From Polyangia bacterium (GTDB taxonomy: Bacteria; Myxococcota_A; Polyangia; Nannocystales; Nannocystaceae), in the NCBI GenBank assembly GCA_030424595.1, contig JAUHWG010000011.1, positions 65,130 through 129,129 on the forward strand: a DNA stretch of 64,000 nucleotides, in the 5' to 3' direction. The translations under genes were made by a program, and so were the position numbers. Shown piece by piece: positions 30,750 through 40,443 of this stretch (the first letter of the stretch is position 1; each line of letters starts with the position of its first letter). Below the pieces are notes generated by a model that worked only from the letters and a program-made list of their open reading frames with translations, was not told the origin of the DNA and did no database searches.

Positions 30750-33251
30750 ATGTCAGATCGAGGCCGTGAACGTGACCTGGTGCTCGCACCGAACGAGTTT
30801 GCCTTCATCCTAGATGAGACGAAGGGCAACATTAATGTCTATGTCGGACCGCATAAGACCAGCCTCGCGAACACCGACGGTCCGGTAGTCTTCGATCCAG
30901 AGACCAAGCGCTTCGGCCGTCGCAGCCTCGACGAGGCGATCCTGCCGATCGCGATCGCCCCGGAGGGCTGGTACCTGGTCCTGAAGAACCCGGCCCGCGA
31001 CACCTCGCACCCGCGGACCGGCGCGCTCAACAACCTCCCGGAGCTGAACATCGGCCGCAAGGTCAACATCCCGGGGCCCGTGTCCTTCGCGCTCTGGCCC
31101 GGCCAGATGATCCGGACGATCAAGGGCCACAGCCTGCGCTCCAACCAGTATCTCCTCGTCCGCGTCTACGACGAGGCCGCGGCGATGGAGAACTGGTCGA
31201 ACGCGGTCATCAAGCCGCAGCGCGCGGAGGCCAGCGGTGATGTCGTGGCCGAGGGCGGCGCGGCGACCGAGGACGAGTCGCTGCTGGTCGTCACGCAGGC
31301 GCTGCCAGAGCTGACGATCGGCAAGGTGCTCGTGATCCGCGGGACCGACGTCGCCTTCTACATCCCGCCGACGGGCGTCGAGGTCGTCCCGGACGGGGAC
31401 GGCAACTACGTCCGCGAGGCGGTGACGCTCGAGCGTCTAGAGCACTGTGTGCTCCTCGACGAGAGCGGCAACAAGCGCTACATCCAGGGCCCTGCGGTGG
31501 TCTTCCCCCGGCCCACGGAGACCTTCATCAGCCGTCGTGGCGAGCGCAAGTTCCGGGCGATCGAGCTCAACGAGAACAGCGGCCTCTACCTCAAGGTCAT
31601 CGCCCCCTACGAGGAGAACGGGGTCCGCTACAAGGTCGGCGATGAGCTCTTCCTGACCGGGAATGAGCAGATGATCTACTTTCCGCGGCCAGAGCACGCG
31701 ATCATCAAGTACGGCGATCGCGAGAAGCACTACGCGGTGGCGATCCCCGCGGGCGAGGCACGCTATGTGCTCGATCGTCTGAGCGGGAAGATCAAGCTCC
31801 AGCGCGGCCCCTGCATCTACCTCCCGGACCCGCGCAAGGAGGTGATCGTCCGTCGGATCCTTGATCCTCGCTCGGTCGCCCTCTGGTACCCGGGCAACAA
31901 GGACGCGCTCGAGTACAACCGGGTGCTCGCCGCCCGTGAGCGCGGTCAGCAGGCGTCGGGTCTGCCGCCCGCGGCGGCTCCCGGCGGTCAAGTCCGCAAG
32001 AAGGAGCGCGCCTCCGACCAGGCGAACGCCGAGTACGCCGGCGACGGCTTCACCCGCTCGCAGAGCTTCACGGGCCCGCGGACCATCGTCCTCGACACCC
32101 GCTACGACGGCGCGGTGTCGATCGACGTCTGGACCGGCTACGCCGTGCTCGTGGTCAACAAGACCGGCGAGCGCGAGGTCGTGATCGGCCCGCAGACGCG
32201 GCTCCTCGAGTACGACGAGACCCTGCAGGTGATGGAGCTCTCGACCGGCACGCCGAAGAACGACGACGACCTGCTGCGCACGGCGTACCTCCGGGTGCTC
32301 AACAACAAGGTCTCGGACGTCGTCGAGGTCGAGACTCGCGATCTGGTCCGGGTCCACCTCACGCTCTCCTACCGGGTCAACTTCGAGGGCGAGCCGGCGA
32401 AGTGGTTTGAGGTCGAGAACTACGTCAAGTTCCTCAGCGACCACCTCCGCTCCTTGATCCGCCACGCGGTCAAGCAGGAGGGGATCGAGCGCTTCTACGC
32501 CGACGCGGCGGGCTTCCTCCGCAACGTGGTCCTGGGGACCGACGCCGAGGGGGGCGGTCGACCCGGGCGGGCCTTCAACGAGAACGGCATGCGTGTCTAC
32601 GATGTCGAGGTGCTCGGGGTTCAGATCGGCGACGACACGATAGCTACGCTCCTGGTCGAGGCGCAGCACGCCGTCGTCCAGGAGACGCTGGCCCTCGCCG
32701 AGAGCCGGCGGCGGCTGCAGTTCAGCAAGGAGAGCGAGGCGGTGAACCAGGAGGTCGCCGCCGTCCAGTCGATGACCCGCCTCGAGGCGATGCGGCTCAA
32801 GAAGATCGAGGTCGAGCGCGCGCTCGAGGTTCGGGTCGCCGAGATCGTCGCCGAGGCCGAGGCTCGGTCGCAACGCCAGGCGGCCGAGCTCGCCTCCCAG
32901 CAGGGGCTCGACGAGATCCACAGCGCTGGGATAGAGCGTGATCGCAAGGGTCGAGAGCTCGAGCTGAGCATCGCTGCGAAGGCGGCGGAGCAGCGCCTGC
33001 TCGAGCTTCGGGCGGAGGTCGAGGCGGTCGTCGCCAAGGCGGGCGCTGTCTCTCCGGATCTGATCGCCGCGCTCCAGGCCTTCGGCGATCGGGCCCTGGC
33101 CGAGCGGATGGCGGAGACGATGGCACCGCTCGCGATCCTCGGCGGGGAGAGCATCTCGGAGGTCTTCGCCCGGCTCCTGAAGGGGACGCCGCTGGCCCGC
33201 TACCTCGCGCCGGTCGAGGCTGCGAACGCCGGGGCCGACGGGGACGAGTAG
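30750..33251 (+). CDS. mvp: Major vault protein (MVP) homolog, full length (833 aa)
   Basis: N-terminal vault-repeat-like ~50-aa modules (LAPNEFAFILDETKGNINVYVGPHKTSL...). Central segment IDVWTGYAVLVVNKTGEREVVIGPQTRLLEYDETLQVMELSTGTPK...LRTAYLRVL...VVEVETRDLVRVHLTLSYRVNFE parallels the MVP repeat-9/shoulder consensus ([33 protein letters not shown]...[22 protein letters not shown]). C-terminal A/E/R-rich cap-helix coiled coil. RBS gaggaagcagg precedes the ATG; the ORF-track start at 30582 is an extension. Confidence 0.8.
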   Translation: MSDRGRERDLVLAPNEFAFILDETKGNINVYVGPHKTSLANTDGPVVFDPETKRFGRRSLDEAILPIAIAPEGWYLVLKNPARDTSHPRTGALNNLPELNIGRKVNIPGPVSFALWPGQMIRTIKGHSLRSNQYLLVRVYDEAAAMENWSNAVIKPQRAEASGDVVAEGGAATEDESLLVVTQALPELTIGKVLVIRGTDVAFYIPPTGVEVVPDGDGNYVREAVTLERLEHCVLLDESGNKRYIQGPAVVFPRPTETFISRRGERKFRAIELNENSGLYLKVIAPYEENGVRYKVGDELFLTGNEQMIYFPRPEHAIIKYGDREKHYAVAIPAGEARYVLDRLSGKIKLQRGPCIYLPDPRKEVIVRRILDPRSVALWYPGNKDALEYNRVLAARERGQQASGLPPAAAPGGQVRKKERASDQANAEYAGDGFTRSQSFTGPRTIVLDTRYDGAVSIDVWTGYAVLVVNKTGEREVVIGPQTRLLEYDETLQVMELSTGTPKNDDDLLRTAYLRVLNNKVSDVVEVETRDLVRVHLTLSYRVNFEGEPAKWFEVENYVKFLSDHLRSLIRHAVKQEGIERFYADAAGFLRNVVLGTDAEGGGRPGRAFNENGMRVYDVEVLGVQIGDDTIATLLVEAQHAVVQETLALAESRRRLQFSKESEAVNQEVAAVQSMTRLEAMRLKKIEVERALEVRVAEIVAEAEARSQRQAAELASQQGLDEIHSAGIERDRKGRELELSIAAKAAEQRLLELRAEVEAVVAKAGAVSPDLIAALQAFGDRALAERMAETMAPLAILGGESISEVFARLLKGTPLARYLAPVEAANAGADGDE

Positions 33252-33507
33252 GGCGCGCGCGTGTCGTGGAGGGGTTGTCCCTCCGCCGCGCGTCTTCGAT
33301 CGAGCACGAGCGGGGGGCCACGACGATGGCACCGCTCGCGCTTCTGCGGCGTCGCTGAGATGGCGAACGATCGCGAGAGTGGGCTCTGTCGGGCGCGTCG
33401 AAGGCCTGAGCTCGACCGCCTGAGCTCGTAGGCCTGAGCTCGAACGAGAGAGGTCGCGGTCGGTCTCCCGACCGTCCACGACCTCTCCCTGCGGGCTCGC
33501 ACGGGGA

Positions 33508-34557
33508 CTAGATCCCGGCGATGTTGAGCTTCAGGTCCATCTTCATGCTCATGTTCTGGGTCGGACCGCCGGCGTCGACGCTCATCTGCATCGCCGAGTT
33601 GAGCCCGAGGTCGCCCTTCACCGGGACGACGCGGCTGAGGTCAAACGAGGTCGATCCGCCGCCCTTGGACGACATCGACTGGAGCGTGACAGCGGCGGTC
33701 GACGGGATCCCCGGCGCGTTCATCACCTGCTTGGGGGCCTTCTGTTGGATCCCGTTGTTGAGGGTGAGCACGTCGCCGTCGCGGGCGACGATCTCGTACT
33801 CGCTGACCTGCGTCATGTTAATCCCGCCGACCTGGCTCAGGGTCGAGGTGACCTCCCACTTCGCGCCGATGCCGACGGCCTCCTCCGGGAAGGGGATCGC
33901 GATCTGCTGCATCGACTGCTGCATGCTCTCCATGGTCTGCTTGATCTGCGGCGGGACGTTCGGCGGGACCTTGAAGGAGGCCTCGCGGACCTCGCCGCGG
34001 TTGGAGACGACCGTCGAGCCGCTGAGGCCGATCATCCCCTTCATCGATCCGCGGAGCGCCTCGACCAGCTCCGGTGGCGTGCCGGGCCGGTCCTTGACAG
34101 AGATGGTGTCGAGGCTGAACTCGTAGCGGAAGTCGCCGGTGTCGGAGACCGAGGTGACGTGGATCGGCATCGTCATCTCGATGGGCGGCATGTCCATCTT
34201 CGGGATCGCTCCCATGCCGCCCATGTCCATGTCCATGCTCATGGTCATCGTCATGATCATCGTCTCGCGCTGGCCTGCCTCGACCTTGACGCGGAGCGGG
34301 GTGCGGGGCTCTTGGCCGGCGTCGAGCACCTTGATGACCGGTTTCGGGTTCTTGGTCGTCACCTCGTCCCCTGCGGCGGGCGTCGTCGCAGCGGCGTCCC
34401 CGTTCGGGTTCGTGTTCGCCGGAGCAGCCTCAGCCGGGGCCTCAACCGCCGCGGGCGTCTCAGCCTTGGGCGCGTCATCACTCGGAGCGCTCTTGGTGCA
34501 CGCCGGGGCGAGGAGGAGGAGAGCTGCGAGGGGGAGGAGCGTGGAACGACGGCTCAT
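33508..34557 (-). CDS. Hypothetical lipoprotein with Met-rich motif (TMIMTMTMSMDMDMGGMG...KMDMPPIEMTMP)
   Basis: Signal peptide plus lipobox (LLLLAPAC) from internal ATG. A/P/E-rich linker. Met-cluster reminiscent of periplasmic Cu(I)-binding Met motifs. Confidence 0.55.
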   Translation of the reverse strand: MSRRSTLLPLAALLLLAPACTKSAPSDDAPKAETPAAVEAPAEAAPANTNPNGDAAATTPAAGDEVTTKNPKPVIKVLDAGQEPRTPLRVKVEAGQRETMIMTMTMSMDMDMGGMGAIPKMDMPPIEMTMPIHVTSVSDTGDFRYEFSLDTISVKDRPGTPPELVEALRGSMKGMIGLSGSTVVSNRGEVREASFKVPPNVPPQIKQTMESMQQSMQQIAIPFPEEAVGIGAKWEVTSTLSQVGGINMTQVSEYEIVARDGDVLTLNNGIQQKAPKQVMNAPGIPSTAAVTLQSMSSKGGGSTSFDLSRVVPVKGDLGLNSAMQMSVDAGGPTQNMSMKMDLKLNIAGI

Positions 34558-34758
34558 GGGACCGGATCCTACACCCTCGGCGCGGCTCGTAGGGGGCGAG
34601 GCTCGCGGCCGCCGGGCCTGGGCGAGGAGGAGGCCGGGGCAAGGGTCCGGCGTGTCTGCGCTCCTCAGAGCTTCGGGCCGACGCGGCGAGGTCGCGACCT
34701 GCGCTCGTCGCCGCACCGCCCGGGATCCGGGCTCACCGGGCTCCAGGGGCTCGCCAGG

Positions 34759-35706
<948 letters not shown>

Positions 35707-35840
35707 GAGGACTCCATAGCATGGCCGCCGTGGCGCCGCCTGAGCCCGGTCGTGGGCGTTGATGAGCCTGGTTCGGCCTCGCCTCCGCGAGGGCCGCTCG
35801 TGGAGGGGGGCCTCCGCGCGGGGACTCTCGCTACGGGCTC

Positions 35841-36824
35841 CTAGAAGGTGATCCCTGCGCGCGGGTTGTCGTCGGCCTGGAGGGCTTCGAGGGCGGCGAG
35901 GAGCTCGTCCGAGCCGGCAGGCGGCAGGCGGACGTCGAGGGTGATGTGGAGGTCGCCTGGCGGCTTCTTGCCGAGCTTCACGCCCTTGCCCTTGAGCCGG
36001 AGGACCTGGCCGTTTTGCGAGCCCGGCGCCAGCTTGATCGTCAGCACGCCCCAGGGGGTGGGGACGTCGACGGGGCCGCCACGGTAGGCCTCGAGGGCCG
36101 TCACCGGTAGCTCCATGTGCAGGTTCATGCCGTCACGCGTGAGCTTCGGGTGGGGGCGGACATTGACGGTGAGGATGATGTCGCCGGGGGGCGAGCCGCC
36201 GCCCTGCTTGCGCAGGCGGAGCTTGCCGCCGTCGCTGATCCCAGGCGGCACCTTGACGTCGAGGGTGCGCGCGCCGCCGTCTTGGGTCTCGACCCGGAGC
36301 GGACGGGTGGTCCCGAAGAGGGCGTCGATGAAGTCGATGGTGATGTCGCCGGTGATGTCGCGGGTTGTGGTCACCGGACGCCGACCTCGGCCGCCGAAGG
36401 GGTCGGCGTCGCGGACCCGTCCGCCGCCGAAGAGCTGCGAGAGCAGGTCGTCGAAGTTGGTGCCGCGGGCGTCGGAGAAGTTGGAGAAGCCGCCGCCGCC
36501 GCCCGGGAAGCCACCGCCCGAGAAGCCACCGCCGCCGCCGGGGAATCCCCGACCGCCACCGCCGGCCTGCTTGTAGGCCCGGGCACGCTCGGCGTCGAAG
36601 CCCTGCGTGAGGCTCATCTCGCCGAACTCGTCGTAGAGCGAGCGCTTTTCGCTATCTCCGAGCACTTCGTAGGCGGTCGAGACCTCCTTGAAGCGCTCCT
36701 CTGCGGCGGTATCTCCCGGGTTGAGATCAGGGTGATACTGCTGCGTCAGCTTGCGAAACGCCCGCTTGATCTCTTTTGGCTCGGCGCTGCGGGAGACTCC
36801 GAGAACGCTGTACAAGTCCTTCAC
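35841..36824 (-). CDS. DnaJ-domain protein (CbpA-like: J domain, G/F-rich region, DnaJ C-terminal domains, no Zn finger)
   Basis: J domain with HPD motif (MKDLYSVLGVSRSAEPKEIKRAFRKLTQQYHPDLN) and G-rich stretch. The C-terminal substrate-binding region resembles DnaJ CTD. Confidence 0.8.
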   Translation of the reverse strand: MKDLYSVLGVSRSAEPKEIKRAFRKLTQQYHPDLNPGDTAAEERFKEVSTAYEVLGDSEKRSLYDEFGEMSLTQGFDAERARAYKQAGGGGRGFPGGGGGFSGGGFPGGGGGFSNFSDARGTNFDDLLSQLFGGGRVRDADPFGGRGRRPVTTTRDITGDITIDFIDALFGTTRPLRVETQDGGARTLDVKVPPGISDGGKLRLRKQGGGSPPGDIILTVNVRPHPKLTRDGMNLHMELPVTALEAYRGGPVDVPTPWGVLTIKLAPGSQNGQVLRLKGKGVKLGKKPPGDLHITLDVRLPPAGSDELLAALEALQADDNPRAGITF

Positions 36825-37067
36825 TAGCGCGCCATCTTAAGTCGACCGACGGGGGGTGCAAGGGCCGGGAGGCCGCGGCGTGCCGCGCAACGTTCGCTGA
36901 GGGGACGTTCGACGAAAAAGATCCGCACTACGCGCAGTTGTGCGGTAGAGGTCTTCGCAAGGGGGCCTCGAAGACCGCGGCGCCGCCGTACAAAGCGTCG
37001 CTGCTGGCCGTCCTAGCCGCACCTGTGGCACAACCCCGGTCAAGCCCGCAAGCGATGACGTAACGTC

Positions 37068-40049
37068 ATGTTCACCGACGACTGTGTTTCCGACCGTGTT
37101 TCTGTCCACCCGAGCGAAGTCGACCTAGGCGAACACCCCTACGCAGGGCTGCTCGCCCGGGTCTCCAAGCCTGGCCGCTACATCGGCGGCGAGGAGCAGC
37201 AGATCCGCAAGCCTTGGGACGAGTCGATCCTCTGTCGCTTCGTCCTCGCGTTCCCCGATCTCTACGAGATCGGGATGAGCCACCTCGGCACCCGGATCCT
37301 CTACAACCTGATCAACAAGGCGGAGGATCTCGTCTGCGAGCGCGCTTTCAGCCCGTGGAAGGATCTCGAGGCGGAGCTGCGCAGCTCGGGGCTGCCGCTC
37401 ATCAGCCTCGAGAGTCAGCGCGGGCTCTCCGAGTTCGACGTCGTCGGCGTCAGCCTCCAGTACGAGCTGAGCTACAGCAACGTGCTCCTCAACCTCGAGC
37501 TCGGCGGCGTGCCGCTGCGGGCCTCGGAGCGCGGTGACAAGGATCCGATCGTCCTCGCCGGGGGGCCGACCGCGACCCATCCCGCGCCGCTCTCGGCCTT
37601 CGTCGACATCTTCCTCGTCGGCGAGGCGGAGGAGGTCCTGCCGACGCTGCTGCGGACGATCGGTCGCCTCCGTCGGGCCGGGGCGAGCCGCGCTGAGGTG
37701 CTCGCCGCGGCGGTCAAGCTCCCCGGGATCTACATCCCGGAGTACTACGAGGTCGCCGAGGATCCGCGCTCGGAGCTCCTCTGCGTCTCCGGCCTGAGCC
37801 CGGCGGGCGAGGCCGCCGGCGCGCCCGAGCGGGTCGAGCGGGTGTGGGTCCGCGACCTCGACGAGTACCCCTTTCCGACCGAGTTTCCGGTCCCCTACGC
37901 CGAGGCGATCTTCGACCGGGCCTCGGTCGAGATCACCCGCGGCTGCACTGAAGGCTGCCGCTTTTGCCAGGCCGGGATGATCTACCGCCCGGTCCGCGAG
38001 CGGGATCCCAAGCAGGTGATCAAGGCGGTGCTCGACGGCGTCGACAAGGGGGGCTTTAGCGAGACCAGCCTGACCGCGCTGAGCACCGCCGACGTGTCCT
38101 GCATCGATCCCCTGATCAAGGAGCTGGTCCCGGAGCTCAAGCGCCGCAAGGTCAAGCTCGGGGTCGCTTCGCTGCGGGCCTACGGCCTCAGCGAGGACCT
38201 GCTCGACGGGATCAAGAGCGTCGGCATCTCGGGGCTGACCTTCGCCCCCGAGGCCGGCACCCAGCGGATGCGCAACGTCATCAACAAGAACGTCAGCGAC
38301 GAGGACATCCTGGCCTCGGCCAAGCGGATCTTCGAGCGCGGCTACGACCGGATGAAGATGTACTTCATCATGGGCCTGCCGAGCGAGACCGAGGAGGACG
38401 TGGTCGGCATCGCCGAGACCGGCAAGCGGGTCCGCGACGTCGCCAAGGAGCTCGGCCTCACGCGGCTGCCGGCGGTGACCTGCTCGGTCTCGCAGCACGT
38501 GCCGAAGCCGCACACGCCCTTTCAGTGGGCGGCGATGGACTCGATCGAGGACAACTACGGCAAGATCGATCTGCTCAAGCGGCTCACCAGTCGCTACAAG
38601 ATCTCGCTCAAGACCCACAACCCCCGCGAGAGCTGGCTCGAGTGTCTCTTCGCCCGCGGCGATCGGCGGATGTGCGACGCGCTGGAGTACGCCTACCGCA
38701 GCGGCGCCCGCTTCGACGGCTGGAAGGAGCTCTTCTCCTTTGATCGCTGGCTCGCGGCGCTCGATAAGGCGGGGATCGAGCCGGCTCGCTACACCCGGAC
38801 GATCCCGGTCGGGGCGCGCTTGCCCTGGGACCACCTGGACATGGGCCTGGACGAGGGCTTCCTCGAGGGGGAGTACCGCAAGGCGCTGCGCGGGCGGGTC
38901 TCGCCCCCCTGCGGCAAGCCGGCCGGGGCGAAGGTCCACCACACCAAGGTCTCCGAGGCGGAGGCGGAGACGCGCCGGCTCGTCTGCTACGACTGCGGGA
39001 TCGCCTGCGACATGTCGGAGATGAAGACCGAGCGGATAGCCTCGCTGGTCCAGCTCAGCCATGCCCGTGATGTGCGGGTCGCCGAGGATGAGGCGGCCGC
39101 GGCCGCGGCCGCGGAGATGATCCCGGCGGCGCGGCTCACCAGCCAGCTCAAGAGCATCGCCGGCTTCAGCCGCCTCGACGACGACTCGGCCTTCAAGGAG
39201 TCGGCCGAGGCCGCCTTCACCCGCGTGCGGATCCACTTCGCCAAGTCGGGGGCGATGCGCTACATGGGCCACCTCGACCTCCTGCGGATGATCCCGCGGA
39301 TGCTCCGTCGGGCCCGGCTGGAGCTCGCCTTTAGCCGCGGCTTTAGCCCGATCCCGCGGATGAGCTTCGGCCCGGCGTTGCCGCTCGGCAGCGCCGCCCG
39401 CGAGGAGGTGGTCGACGTCGACCTGATCCTCGAGGACTCCGCCGATGACATGGCCGGCGACTGGAGCGACGAGCGGCGGGCCGCGGTCGCAGCCCGGATC
39501 GAGCGCAGCCTCGTCGAGGTCGCACCGCCGGGGCTCGGGATCGTCGACGTGCGGGTGACCGCCCCCGACGAGCGTCGCCTGGGCCAGCTGATCGCCGCGG
39601 CCGACTACGCGGTCGCGCTCGATGAGGCCCAGGTTGCCTCCCTGCGGGAGGAGCTGCCGAAGAAGATGGCCGCCCCGGCGCTCCTCTTCGAGCGGGTGGA
39701 GCGGAAGAAGAAGCGGAAGAAGAACCGTATGGGCGGGCGAGGTCGGCCGCCGCCGCCGCCTCAGGTCCGCGAGTACGACGCCAAGCCGCGGATCATCGAC
39801 GCCACGGTCGACGCCGAGAACAGCACCCTGCGGCTCCGCCTGCGGATGGGCTCTGAGGGGGGAGCGCGACCCCGCGAGGTCGTCCAGGCCCTGGTCGGCG
39901 AGCCAATCCCGGACCACCACTTTTGCCGCGAGCGTCTGCTCATCGCCGTCGACGACGGCTACGTCGCCACCCGCGAGGTCGGCCCGCATCTCCAGCGGCC
40001 GATCCCGGTCCGGACGCTGCGCTCGAGCGCTGCACCTCCGGCTCCGTAG
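37068..40049 (+). CDS. Radical SAM protein: B12-binding-like/radical-SAM module (TIGR03960-type) fused to DUF2344 (TIGR03936-type) C-terminal domain
   Basis: CxxxCxxC radical-SAM motif (RGCTEGCRFCQAGM). N-terminal pattern VLAFPDLYEIGMSHLG typical of this family. C-terminal half (FAKSGAMRYMGHLDLLRMIPR...) resembles DUF2344. Confidence 0.8.
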   Translation: MFTDDCVSDRVSVHPSEVDLGEHPYAGLLARVSKPGRYIGGEEQQIRKPWDESILCRFVLAFPDLYEIGMSHLGTRILYNLINKAEDLVCERAFSPWKDLEAELRSSGLPLISLESQRGLSEFDVVGVSLQYELSYSNVLLNLELGGVPLRASERGDKDPIVLAGGPTATHPAPLSAFVDIFLVGEAEEVLPTLLRTIGRLRRAGASRAEVLAAAVKLPGIYIPEYYEVAEDPRSELLCVSGLSPAGEAAGAPERVERVWVRDLDEYPFPTEFPVPYAEAIFDRASVEITRGCTEGCRFCQAGMIYRPVRERDPKQVIKAVLDGVDKGGFSETSLTALSTADVSCIDPLIKELVPELKRRKVKLGVASLRAYGLSEDLLDGIKSVGISGLTFAPEAGTQRMRNVINKNVSDEDILASAKRIFERGYDRMKMYFIMGLPSETEEDVVGIAETGKRVRDVAKELGLTRLPAVTCSVSQHVPKPHTPFQWAAMDSIEDNYGKIDLLKRLTSRYKISLKTHNPRESWLECLFARGDRRMCDALEYAYRSGARFDGWKELFSFDRWLAALDKAGIEPARYTRTIPVGARLPWDHLDMGLDEGFLEGEYRKALRGRVSPPCGKPAGAKVHHTKVSEAEAETRRLVCYDCGIACDMSEMKTERIASLVQLSHARDVRVAEDEAAAAAAAEMIPAARLTSQLKSIAGFSRLDDDSAFKESAEAAFTRVRIHFAKSGAMRYMGHLDLLRMIPRMLRRARLELAFSRGFSPIPRMSFGPALPLGSAAREEVVDVDLILEDSADDMAGDWSDERRAAVAARIERSLVEVAPPGLGIVDVRVTAPDERRLGQLIAAADYAVALDEAQVASLREELPKKMAAPALLFERVERKKKRKKNRMGGRGRPPPPPQVREYDAKPRIIDATVDAENSTLRLRLRMGSEGGARPREVVQALVGEPIPDHHFCRERLLIAVDDGYVATREVGPHLQRPIPVRTLRSSAAPPAP

Positions 40050-40443
40050 CTGCGTGGCGGGGGTCGTTGAGCGGGGGCGGGCGCCGCCCCTGCGATCGGG
40101 CACGGCGCGTGCGGCCCCGTAGCGACGTGGAGTCGACGAGTGGGGGGCCTCCGGCTCCCTAGCTGCGTGGAGTCGACGAGTTGGTCGTCGGGGCCCCTTC
40201 TCGCTAGTGCTGTAGGCCGACCCGGAGGCTGCTGCGGTAGCCCCATCGTCGTGGTCTTCTCGCGGTGTCACGCGGTCGGGGTGTCACGCGGCGAACGCTC
40301 GCGCTCCGTCGACCGAGCCATCGCGGGACGCTCGCTGGTTGTGCGGATACCGGTCAGGAGCTCCGACTTGAGCGCTCAGCGAGGTCGTGAGGCCGCGAGG
40401 AGCCCACGTTGAGCACCGACCGCTCTCGCGGCCTGATCGGCTG

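Noticed and set aside
31437-33479. 680-aa minus-strand ORF antisense to the MVP homolog
   Set aside because: The plus-strand frame has the strong MVP similarity, an RBS and sensible codon usage. The antisense frame is low-complexity R/L/G/A-rich.
37125-40271. 1048-aa minus-strand ORF antisense to the radical-SAM fusion gene
   Set aside because: Same reasoning: the radical-SAM CxxxCxxC protein on the plus strand is unambiguous, and the antisense translation is compositional noise.
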